Below, one piece after another: positions 49,829-58,032 of a stretch of 64,000 nt of DNA (the first letter of the stretch is position 1; every line of letters starts with the position of its first letter). The position numbers were made by a program, and so were the translations under genes. The DNA is from Polyangiales bacterium (GTDB lineage: Bacteria > Myxococcota_A > Polyangia > Polyangiales > Polyangiaceae). The notes under the pieces are model-generated. The model worked only from the letters and a program-made list of their open reading frames with translations. It was not told where the DNA came from and did no database searches. The DNA is taken from assembly GCA_038231275.1 (NCBI GenBank), contig JBBRLQ010000024.1, positions 59,244 to 123,243 of the forward strand, written 5' to 3'.

Positions 49829-49920
49829 ATTTTGCCGGCGTGCTCGGCGGTGTCAAGGCCGAGCCGGCTGCGCCGGTGCCGCCTGCGGCGGCAGCCTTGA
49901 CACCGCCTGCGCTCGCCGGC
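49829..49920. promoter_or_regulatory. Y-shaped fold-back element, copy 1 (putative ssDNA promoter)
   Basis: 14-bp perfect stem 49846-49859/49894-49907, two triloop hairpins, outer stem 49834-49840/49914-49920; minus-strand TTGACA-N16-CAAAAT. Structure is seen, function is inferred. Confidence 0.7.
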
Positions 49921-49963
49921 TTCGGGGCGGCGCCCCGAGAGAAGGGGGCGCGAGGAGGTTTCG

Positions 49964-50278
49964 ATGTTGAGAGTTTATGAAGAGGTGCTCGAGGTGGTGG
50001 GGATGCTCAGGGAGGTGCTCGGTGAGATCGAGAAGAGGGATGTCGATCTGGGTCGGCAGCTGCGGCGCGCCGCGGCCAGTGTGGCGCTGAACATTGCCGA
50101 GGCGAATGGGAGTCGCGGGAGAAATCGCGGGTTGCGGTTCAGCACGGCGCTGGGCTCGATGCGCGAGACACTCGCATGTCTTCAGGTCGGCGCCGCGTTC
50201 GGGTACGTGGAGATGGACGGTGAGCTGCCGCAGAGGATCGACCGCATCTGCGCGGCGCTCTACTCGCTGGCGAGATGA
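49964..50278 (+). CDS. Four-helix-bundle protein (TIGR02436 / 23S-IVP / Avd-like fold), copy 1
   Basis: [21 protein letters not shown]....[12 protein letters not shown] signature; GAGGAGG Shine-Dalgarno. Confidence 0.9.
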   Translation: MLRVYEEVLEVVGMLREVLGEIEKRDVDLGRQLRRAAASVALNIAEANGSRGRNRGLRFSTALGSMRETLACLQVGAAFGYVEMDGELPQRIDRICAALYSLAR

Positions 50279-50281
50279 GGT

Positions 50282-50322
50282 TCGCCGAGGGCGCCGCGGA
50301 AAACGGCGCCCTCGGCGAGTTT
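50282..50322. terminator. 15-bp perfect hairpin between the convergent genes, probable intrinsic terminator
   Basis: TCGCCGAGGGCGCCG-CGGAAAA-CGGCGCCCTCGGCGA followed by GTTTT. Confidence 0.8.
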
Positions 50323-50640
50323 TCACCGGGACAGGCGGTAGAGAGAGCCGCAGATACCGTCCATTTTGCGTGCAGTCTGCATGCACACCGCCTCCAGGTG
50401 ACCCATCGCAACCGCGACGTCCAAGCAGGCTTGCGTCTCCCGCATCGACCCCAGCGCCGTGCTGAACCGCACCGCGCCATTCCTCCCCCGACTCCCCTGC
50501 GCCTCCGCGACATTCAACGCGACGCTACTCACCGCCCGCCGCATCTGCCGCGCCAAGTCACTATCCCGCTTCTCGATCACCCCCATCGCGTCCTTCAACT
50601 CCCGAATCACCTCCAACACCTCTTCATAAACTCTGAGCAT
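50323..50640 (-). CDS. Four-helix-bundle protein (TIGR02436 / 23S-IVP / Avd-like fold), copy 2
   Basis: [11 protein letters not shown] start identical to copy 1; DLARQMRRAVSSVALNVAEA...[19 protein letters not shown] Shine-Dalgarno. Confidence 0.9.
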   Translation of the reverse strand: MLRVYEEVLEVIRELKDAMGVIEKRDSDLARQMRRAVSSVALNVAEAQGSRGRNGAVRFSTALGSMRETQACLDVAVAMGHLEAVCMQTARKMDGICGSLYRLSR

Positions 50641-50676
50641 CCCAGCCTCCTTCTCCCCTCTCGGGGGCCCCCCTCC

Positions 50677-50766
50677 GCTCGCGAGCGCAGGCGGGGTCAA
50701 GGCTGCCCCGCAGGGGCACCGGCGAAGCCGGCTCGGCCTTGACGCCGCCGAGCACGCGAGCAAGCT
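50677..50766. promoter_or_regulatory. Y-shaped fold-back element, copy 2 (putative ssDNA promoter)
   Basis: Stem 50690-50703/50736-50749 (one mismatch), hairpins TGCCCC-GCA-GGGGCA and CCGGC-GAA-GCCGG, outer stem 50677-50683/50755-50761; plus-strand TTGACG-N16-CAAGCT. Confidence 0.7.
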
Positions 50767-50788
50767 AGCCCCCTCGAGAGAGGAGCAC

Positions 50789-50918
<130 letters not shown>

Positions 50919-50975
50919 TTCCCCCCCGCTCGTCCCCTCGTGCGCGCCGCCCTGGGAAATGCGAGCCTCCCCCTC

Positions 50976-52301
50976 GTGACCGCACGATCCGCCTCGGTTC
51001 TCACCGTCTTCGCGCTCCTCGCGGCGTGCAGCAAAACAGAGCCTCCCGCGCCGGGCCTCCTCGAGGCCGCCCCTACCGTCGCCGCGTCCACCTCTCCTGT
51101 CGACGCAGCGCCGCCCGGAATCGGCGAAGGTGGCGGCACGCTCGAAGCGGAGGGCGCGACGCTGACGATCCCCGAAGGCGCCCTCAGGGGCGCGCGCGTC
51201 TTCACGATCGCGTCCGTGAAAGGTGACGCGCTGGTCGGTTGGCCACGCGGCACCGAGCTCGGCTTCGCCTTCACGCCGGCGGGCGAGCGCTTTCGTGTGC
51301 CGGTGACGATCGCGCTACCGCACCCCGCCAGCCCCGACGGCGGCGGGGGCGGCGGCGAGATCGTCTGCGAGAACCGGCCTGGCGATCGCACCCAGACCCA
51401 GTTCGACGGCACCTTCGACGGCAAGCCGCTGCCCGTCCACGTCAACGTCCTGCCGCGCCGCTGCGCCGTCTATACCGCCGAGCACGCCAAGGCGCTCCAG
51501 GCCGCGCGCGCGAAGGAAGCGGCGATGGTCGACAAGGGGAACACGTCGTACCACTGGGAGATCAAGGGCCAGGTTTGCGATCCACACGATCTGGTACGCC
51601 CCAACGCTGGGCGCGATCTCCGCGAGCCGCCCGGCCTCGGCGGATGCCCGGCCGGGATGGCGCGGATCCCCGGCAGGCCGAGCGCGTGCGTCGACCGCTG
51701 GGAGCCGCACCTCGTCGAGGTGCTGGACGACGGCACGGAGCACACGTGGACGCCGTACTTCAACCCTGCGGGCCTCAAGGTCCGGGCGAAGAGCTCGCCC
51801 GGCGCAGTGCCGCAGGCGTACATCTCACAGGTGCAAGCCGGCGCGGCGTGCGCGGCGTCGGGCAAGCGCCTCTGCAAAGACGACGAGTGGGTGCTCGCGT
51901 GCAAGGGCAGCAAACACACCCAATTTCCCTACGGAAACGAGGAAAAGCGGGGAACATGCAACGATCAACGGGACCCTCACCCGGCGATGCAGTACCTCGA
52001 ATCGCACGATCTCTCAGTGTTCACGAAGCTCGAGCACCCGTGCATCAACCAGGTGCCCGACTCGCTACTGCCAGGCGGCGCGAAGGCCGCGTGCGCGACG
52101 CCCGAGGGCGTCTACGACATCGTCGGCAACCTGCACGAGTGGACGGCCGACCCGAGCGGACACTTCCGCGGCGGGTACTACGTCGACACGTGGCTCAACG
52201 GTCACGGGTGCGACTACGTCACGACCGCGCACGAGGCGCGGTACTGGGACTACTCCACCGGCTTCCGCTGCTGCGCAGACGCGCCCGCGCGCGACCAGTA
52301 G
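50976..52301 (+). CDS. Lipoprotein with C-terminal FGE-sulfatase/SUMF1 domain
   Basis: Lipobox AAC; CPAGMA, GKRLC...EW..AC, FPYG, GVYDIVGNLHEW, FRGG, GFRCC. Confidence 0.85.
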   Translation: MTARSASVLTVFALLAACSKTEPPAPGLLEAAPTVAASTSPVDAAPPGIGEGGGTLEAEGATLTIPEGALRGARVFTIASVKGDALVGWPRGTELGFAFTPAGERFRVPVTIALPHPASPDGGGGGGEIVCENRPGDRTQTQFDGTFDGKPLPVHVNVLPRRCAVYTAEHAKALQAARAKEAAMVDKGNTSYHWEIKGQVCDPHDLVRPNAGRDLREPPGLGGCPAGMARIPGRPSACVDRWEPHLVEVLDDGTEHTWTPYFNPAGLKVRAKSSPGAVPQAYISQVQAGAACAASGKRLCKDDEWVLACKGSKHTQFPYGNEEKRGTCNDQRDPHPAMQYLESHDLSVFTKLEHPCINQVPDSLLPGGAKAACATPEGVYDIVGNLHEWTADPSGHFRGGYYVDTWLNGHGCDYVTTAHEARYWDYSTGFRCCADAPARDQ

Positions 52302-52335
52302 AGTGAGAGCGGGCTAGGCGAGGGCTAGGCGCTGT

Positions 52336-53469
52336 TCAGACGCCGCCGCTCGCGCCGGCCTTCGCGCTGATGCTCGCGCTCGCCTGAACACTGACTCGCA
52401 GCGACGCTTGCGCGGAGATCGTCGCGTTCGCGGCCGCCGCGATGCACGCGCCGGCGTGGGCCGTCAGCTGACCGAGCGCGCTCGGCAGCTCGCTGCCCGA
52501 CTGGACGAGAACCTGCACGTCGCCGGCGATGCGGCGGCCGTACGCGATCTCGGCGGTGACGAGGACGGGGAGGTTCGCTTGCAGCGTGGCGATGAGCTTG
52601 CCCATCTCGCCGGTATTCACCGTCGCGTGGACGGCGACGCGCGCCTCGGTGCACCGCGCGGTGAGCTCCGCGTGCGCTTTGCAGCTCCCGGCGCAGTGGG
52701 CGTCGGCGCTCGGCGCCTTCACGGCGACGTCGCACTTGGGCTCCTTGAAGTCGACCGTGCACGCGCCGTGGCAATCGGCAGTGCACGTCCCCTTGCACGT
52801 TCCGTTGCATTGGCCCGCACACTGGCCGGCACCCGCGGCGCTGCCCGCCGCCGCATGCGCTTGGCCCGCGCACTGCCCCTGGCACTCGCCGTTGCACGTC
52901 CCGGCGCACTGGCCGGAGCACGTCCCCTCGCATCGTCCATAGAGGTGCCCGGGCTCGCAGTGCGCCTTCACGTAGCCGGGGTCGACGTTCACGTTGCATG
53001 CGCCCTTGCATGCTGCTTCAGCGTCGGCGTGGACCTCACATTGCGGCGGGGTGACGTCGGCCTTCACGGACGCAGAGACGCCCGTTCGGAGGATCGCATC
53101 CATTCGCGCGGACACCGCGTTGCACGCTGCAGCGACGCGTCCCTCGTTCTGTCGCGGCGTCATCTGCTCGGGAGGGACGCCCAGATCACGGCCCATGCGC
53201 TCGCACGCGACGCCGACCTCGGCCTCGGCCTTCGCGGCGATCGTCTGCAGGTCGCCGCTCGCGGTGACGAAGGCGCGGATCGTCGCGTTCGCGCGCGCGT
53301 CCGCCTCGAACGACGCGTTCATGGCGCCGCCTTGGAGCTCGGGACACGCGAAGTTGCCGAGCGCGCCCGCGGCGCCCGTCCCTCCGGCGCCGAACTCGCC
53401 TCCGCACGCGACGACGACCGCGCCAACGAACCCGCAGACCACGATGTACTTCGCCGACGTTCGGATCAT
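52336..53469 (-). CDS. Cys-rich (CxGxC repeat) lipoprotein
   Basis: GGAAGAGG Shine-Dalgarno, lipobox VAC, central CEGTCSGQCAGTCNGEC repeats. Confidence 0.8.
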   Translation of the reverse strand: MIRTSAKYIVVCGFVGAVVVACGGEFGAGGTGAAGALGNFACPELQGGAMNASFEADARANATIRAFVTASGDLQTIAAKAEAEVGVACERMGRDLGVPPEQMTPRQNEGRVAAACNAVSARMDAILRTGVSASVKADVTPPQCEVHADAEAACKGACNVNVDPGYVKAHCEPGHLYGRCEGTCSGQCAGTCNGECQGQCAGQAHAAAGSAAGAGQCAGQCNGTCKGTCTADCHGACTVDFKEPKCDVAVKAPSADAHCAGSCKAHAELTARCTEARVAVHATVNTGEMGKLIATLQANLPVLVTAEIAYGRRIAGDVQVLVQSGSELPSALGQLTAHAGACIAAAANATISAQASLRVSVQASASISAKAGASGGV

Positions 53470-53606
53470 GTGCCCCTCTTCCTTGCCGATAGTGGATGAG
53501 GTGCGCAAGGCACGATGCGCGCCACCCGGAGGGCGCGCATAACGCGGGCGAAACGAAGACTACGGACGCGCTCGACCTCCGCATGCGGCGCAAATGCGCC
53601 ACACGA

Positions 53607-54341
53607 TCAGATCGCTCGCCCGAGCGCCTCGTCGACGCTGCGCTGGCTGAAGCCGACCATGATCTTGCCCTTCACGTCGAGGACGGGGATGGAGCCCGCG
53701 CGCAGGCCGTTCTTCGCGAGCTTTTGCTGCATCTCGCGCGCGGCTCCCTGATCGGTCTCCACGTTCTTTTCGATGAACGCCACGCCCTTCTTCCGCAGGT
53801 ACGCGGCGGCGTCGTGGCAGGCGGTGCACCAGTCGGCACCGTAGATGATGACGAGCGGGCGACCGTCGGGCGGCGGATCGGCTTGCGCGAGCGGGCTTCC
53901 GGGTTGCTGGCGAGGAATGCTCGGCGGCGCGTCGCTCGCGGGGGGTGCCGCGCTCGCTAGGGTCGGACCGTTCTTCTCGCGACGCGTCACCGCGAGCTGA
54001 TCGAACTCGAGGCGCGACATGGTCTTGACGGGGTAGAGGCCACCCGCGCCCGCGACGCGCAGGTCCGCGACGAAGACTTTGTCGGCGTGCGTTCCGTCTT
54101 CGCGCGCGGGATCGACGACGCGGACGGCGTCGCGTCCCTCGAGCGGCACGTCGGTCGGGCGAACTTCGACGTGGAAGTCTCCCTTCGCGTCGATCCACGT
54201 GAGGAGCAGCCCCTCGGTTGCGTCGCGGACCTCCACCGTCACGGGCGGATCCGCGGTGGCGCCGCCGTTGCCCTTCCGGCACCCACCGATGGCGAAGAGC
54301 ATCACGAGGGAGAGCGTGACGAGGAAGACGATTCGATTCAT
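53607..54341 (-). CDS. Lipoprotein with C-terminal glutaredoxin (NrdH-like) domain
   Basis: Lipobox GGC; IYGADWCTAC, IPVLDV.G..MVGF. Confidence 0.85.
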   Translation of the reverse strand: MNRIVFLVTLSLVMLFAIGGCRKGNGGATADPPVTVEVRDATEGLLLTWIDAKGDFHVEVRPTDVPLEGRDAVRVVDPAREDGTHADKVFVADLRVAGAGGLYPVKTMSRLEFDQLAVTRREKNGPTLASAAPPASDAPPSIPRQQPGSPLAQADPPPDGRPLVIIYGADWCTACHDAAAYLRKKGVAFIEKNVETDQGAAREMQQKLAKNGLRAGSIPVLDVKGKIMVGFSQRSVDEALGRAI

Positions 54342-56275
54342 CGCGCCGCGTCCGTCTCCGAGAGCTTGGTCCACTCCGACATCATTGCGTCCACCCGCTT
54401 GGACAAAGCTTGCTCCTCGGCGGCCATCTTGGCCAGCTTTGCCCAGTCTCCCGCCGGATCCTCCTTCAATTTCTCGCGCATCACGCCGAGCTGCTTCTCC
54501 CCGTCCGCGATGAGGCTTTCGAGCTCCTCCACGCGCCGCTTCCTCTTCTCGCGGTCGCGGGTGACCTGACGCTGGACCTCGTAGGCATGCTTCTTCGCGC
54601 GCTCCTCGTCTTTGGAGACGGACGGAGGAGCCTCTTTCTTCCTGGCTTCGGGCTTCGGCTCGTCCTTTTTTGGCGGCGCGAAATGGGCGGTGACGTAGTC
54701 CTTGAAGCCGCCGGGGTAGATGTCGACCACGCCGTCGCGCACACTCACGATCCGCGTCGTCACGTTCTCGAGGAAGCGGCGATCGTGGGAGACGAGGACG
54801 ACCGTGCCGTCGAAACCGACCAGCGCCTCCTCGAGGATCTCGGCGGCGGGGATGTCGAGGTGGTTGGTCGGCTCGTCGAGGAAGAGGAGGTTGCGCGGCT
54901 CGAGGAGGAGCTTGGCGAGCGCGAGGCGTGAGCGCTCCCCGCCCGAGAAGCCGGAGACGACGCGGAGCGGGTCGTCGCCCCAGAAGCGGAAGCGTGCGAG
55001 GTATTGCCGCGCCGCCTCGACGGTGAAGTCGCCGCGCACCGTGCGCACGTTGTCGACGGCGGTCATCGTGGGGTCGACCTCGCCGAGGTGTTGATCGAAG
55101 TAGCCTTCCTGGAGGTTCGTGCCGCGCTTCACGGCTCCGGTGTCGTCGGGGAAGCCGCGGCCGGCGAGGAGCTTCAGGAGCGTGGTTTTTCCCGAGCCGT
55201 TGGGCCCGACCACGCCGATCCGCTCGCCGCGGCGCATCAAGATGTCGACGCCGTCGAACAGCGTTCGGCCGCCGCGCACGGCGTGGAGATTCTTGCAGTC
55301 GAGGACGATGTCGCCCGAGCGCGCCGACGGGGCGAAGCGAAACCGGATCTTTTCGGCGACTTGCCAGACGTCTTCCGGTTTGTCGACGCGATCGAGCTTG
55401 TCCAGCATCTTGCGCCGGCTCTGCGCTTGCTTCGTCTTCTGGCCGGCGATGTTCTTGCGGATGAAGTCCTCGGTCTTGTCGATGAACGCCTGCTGACGCT
55501 CCATCACCGCCCGCTCGCGCGCGAGGTCCTCTTGGCGGAGCACGGCGTAGTCCGAGTATTTTTGCCCATAGACGCGGAGGCCTCGCGTCCCGAGCTCCAT
55601 CGTGCTCGGGCAAACGTTGTCGAGGAACTGCCGATCGTGGGACACGACGAGGATGGCGCCGCGGTATTTGACCAGCCACGACTCGAGCCACGCGATGGTG
55701 TCGAGGTCGAGGTGGTTGGTGGGCTCGTCGAGGAGGAGCAGATCCGGCTCTTGCGAGAGGACGACGCCGAGCTGCAGACGGCCGCGCTCGCCGCCGGAAA
55801 GCGACGCCACCGGCCGCGTGAGATCGGCGTCCGAGAACCCGAGCTTGTGGGCCAGGATCGCGACTTCGCGTTCGAGCTCGTCGCCGCGCGCGAGGTGGTA
55901 CTGGTCGGTCACGGTCGCGAGCTGCTCCAGCGCACGCGCGTCGCCGCTCGCCGCTCCCTCTTGCGCCGCCGTCAGCTCCTCGCGAAGGCGCACGACGTCC
56001 GCGAAGCCCGATAGAAACGCGCCGAGCACGTCTCCCTTCGCCACGAGCTCGTGCGACTGCCGGTAGTAGCCGAACGTCGTCTCCTTCTTGATGACGCTGG
56101 ACCCCTGATCGGGCTCGAGCTCGCGCGCGATGATGCGAAGGAGAGTGGATTTACCCGCGCCGTTGGGCGCGACGAGGGCCGCGCGCTCGCCGATGGCCAA
56201 CGTGAAGGTGACGTTCTCGAAGAGCGTGTCGCCGGCGTAGCCGAAGCGCAGGTCGGCGACCTGGAGGACGGTCAT
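54338..56275 (-). CDS. ABC-F family ATP-binding protein
   Basis: Two NBDs (PNGAGKS/LSGGE/LDEPTNHLD; GPNGSGKT/FSGGE/LDEPTNHLD), no TM domain, C-terminal coiled coil. Confidence 0.95.
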   Translation of the reverse strand: MTVLQVADLRFGYAGDTLFENVTFTLAIGERAALVAPNGAGKSTLLRIIARELEPDQGSSVIKKETTFGYYRQSHELVAKGDVLGAFLSGFADVVRLREELTAAQEGAASGDARALEQLATVTDQYHLARGDELEREVAILAHKLGFSDADLTRPVASLSGGERGRLQLGVVLSQEPDLLLLDEPTNHLDLDTIAWLESWLVKYRGAILVVSHDRQFLDNVCPSTMELGTRGLRVYGQKYSDYAVLRQEDLARERAVMERQQAFIDKTEDFIRKNIAGQKTKQAQSRRKMLDKLDRVDKPEDVWQVAEKIRFRFAPSARSGDIVLDCKNLHAVRGGRTLFDGVDILMRRGERIGVVGPNGSGKTTLLKLLAGRGFPDDTGAVKRGTNLQEGYFDQHLGEVDPTMTAVDNVRTVRGDFTVEAARQYLARFRFWGDDPLRVVSGFSGGERSRLALAKLLLEPRNLLFLDEPTNHLDIPAAEILEEALVGFDGTVVLVSHDRRFLENVTTRIVSVRDGVVDIYPGGFKDYVTAHFAPPKKDEPKPEARKKEAPPSVSKDEERAKKHAYEVQRQVTRDREKRKRRVEELESLIADGEKQLGVMREKLKEDPAGDWAKLAKMAAEEQALSKRVDAMMSEWTKLSETDAAR

Positions 56276-56292
56276 GGCGCCCGCTGTTTACC

Positions 56293-56373
56293 ACAGACTC
56301 CGACGCCGACTCCGACGCCGACGCCGACTCCGACGCCGACTCCGACTCCGACGCCGACTCCGACGCCGACGCC
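56293..56373. repeat. (T/G)CCGAC x~13 hexamer array
   Basis: Directly abuts the stop codon of the 56373-57941 gene. Confidence 0.95.
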
Positions 56374-57941
56374 TACGGCTGACAGGTCCCGTTCACGCAG
56401 TACTGGAACTTTGGGCACGCCTTGCCGCAGCCGCCGCAGTTCGCCGGATCGCTGAGCACGTCCACGCACGCGCCGTTGCACTGGTTGGTCTCCGGCCCGC
56501 AGACGCATGCGCCGGCGCGACAGATTCCGCCAGGCATGCACGTCGTGCCGCATGCGCCGCAGTTGGTCGGGTCGAGCGAGGTGTCGGCGCAGAGGCCGTT
56601 GCAAACGGTTTGCCCAGTGGCGCACGCGCACGCGCCGCCGGCGCAGAGCTGGTTGCCGGGGCACGACTTGCCGCAGGCGCCGCAGTTGCCGGCGTCGTTC
56701 AGGGGATCGACGCAAATGCCTCCGCACGCGACGAAGCCCGCTGCACACACGCACGCGCCGCGCCGGCACCCTTGGCCGGCCCCGCAGGCGACGCCGCATG
56801 CGCCGCAGTTCTGCGGATCGCCGGCGAGGTTCACGCACGCGCCGTTGCATGTCGTCTCTCGGCGGCCGCAGGTCGCGGCGCAGCGCCCACGCGCGCACAC
56901 TTGGTCCGCGGCGCACGCGTTGCCGCAGGCGCCGCAGTTGTCGTGGTCGTTCGCGAGCTCGTGGCATGCGCCGTTGCAGAACGTCTCGCCGTCGGGGCAC
57001 TTGCACGCGCCGGAGACGCAGAGCTGACCTATGCCGCAGGGACGTCCGCACGCGCCGCAATTTGCCGGATCGTTTCCCAGGTTCGCGCAGCCGTTCTTGC
57101 ACGCGGCGAGGCTACCCGCGCACGCGCAGGCGCCGGAGACGCACGGCTCGCCGGCGCCGCACGCGTTGCCGCACGCGCCGCAATTCAGCGGATCGCTGTC
57201 GACGTGAACGCACACGCCGCCGCAGCGTGTGCTCCCGGCTGCGCACGCGCACTTGCCTCCGCCACATACTTCGGTGGGCAAGCAGGCTACGCCGCACGCG
57301 CCGCAGTTCAGCGGATCCGCAGTGGTGTCCACGCAGCTCTGGCCGCACGCGGTGAACGGCGGCGTCGTGCAGCTGCCCACGCACGCGCCCGACTGGCAGA
57401 ACGGCGCTGCGGAGGTGCATGTGACGCCGCACGCGCCGCAGTTGTTGGGATCGCTGGCGATGCCGGTGCAGACGCCGCCGCACGCCTGCTCGCTGGGCGG
57501 ACACGCGCATTTGCCCGCGACGCACGCCTGTCCCTTCGCGCACGCGTTGCCGCACGCACCGCAGTTCGCGGCGTCGGATTGCGTCCCGACGCACGCGGCG
57601 CCGCATTTGGTGAGACCGGTCGCGCACGCGGCCTGGCACGTGCCGTTCGAGCAGACGAGACCCGCGTCGCACGCGTGGCCGCACGTGCCGCAGTTCGTGG
57701 CGTCGGACTCGGCGTCGACGCATGCGCCCTTGCAGCTGGTTTGGCCGTTGGGACACGTGGCTGCCGGCGGCACGCCGCATTCGCCGTTGATGCAAGAATA
57801 GCCGCTGGTGCCGGTCTGGCAGTCGGCGTCGGTCGTACACGTCGCCGTCCCGTTCTTGCCGCCGCAGCTCACGACGAGGAGAGCGGCGACGACCACGGCG
57901 AACACGATCACGTGCGAGAGGAGTCGGGTGGGCGTGTGCAT
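56373..57941 (-). CDS. MXAN_6577/Stig1-like Cys-rich repeat lipoprotein
   Basis: Lipobox VSC; more than ten 'DPxNCGACGxxC' repeats. Confidence 0.88.
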   Translation of the reverse strand: MHTPTRLLSHVIVFAVVVAALLVVSCGGKNGTATCTTDADCQTGTSGYSCINGECGVPPAATCPNGQTSCKGACVDAESDATNCGTCGHACDAGLVCSNGTCQAACATGLTKCGAACVGTQSDAANCGACGNACAKGQACVAGKCACPPSEQACGGVCTGIASDPNNCGACGVTCTSAAPFCQSGACVGSCTTPPFTACGQSCVDTTADPLNCGACGVACLPTEVCGGGKCACAAGSTRCGGVCVHVDSDPLNCGACGNACGAGEPCVSGACACAGSLAACKNGCANLGNDPANCGACGRPCGIGQLCVSGACKCPDGETFCNGACHELANDHDNCGACGNACAADQVCARGRCAATCGRRETTCNGACVNLAGDPQNCGACGVACGAGQGCRRGACVCAAGFVACGGICVDPLNDAGNCGACGKSCPGNQLCAGGACACATGQTVCNGLCADTSLDPTNCGACGTTCMPGGICRAGACVCGPETNQCNGACVDVLSDPANCGGCGKACPKFQYCVNGTCQP

Positions 57942-58032
57942 GGGCAGATCGATAGTGGACCTCGCAGCGAGAACAGGATCACGGAAAGCGCCGTGCCCCG
58001 GCATTTACGGCGCAGGGGCACTTTTCCCCGGT

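Noticed and set aside
49897..49925. Conventional sense-strand promoter from TTGACA at 49897
   Set aside because: No -10-like hexamer 16-18 nt downstream in either copy
49964..50640. Four-helix-bundle genes as a 23S rRNA intervening sequence
   Set aside because: No rRNA sequence flanks them
49834..50761. Classical IS/MITE whose terminal inverted repeats are the Y elements
   Set aside because: No transposase and no evident target-site duplication; the inverted similarity extends through the genes, indicating two inverted gene units rather than TIRs. Mobility in trans is not excluded
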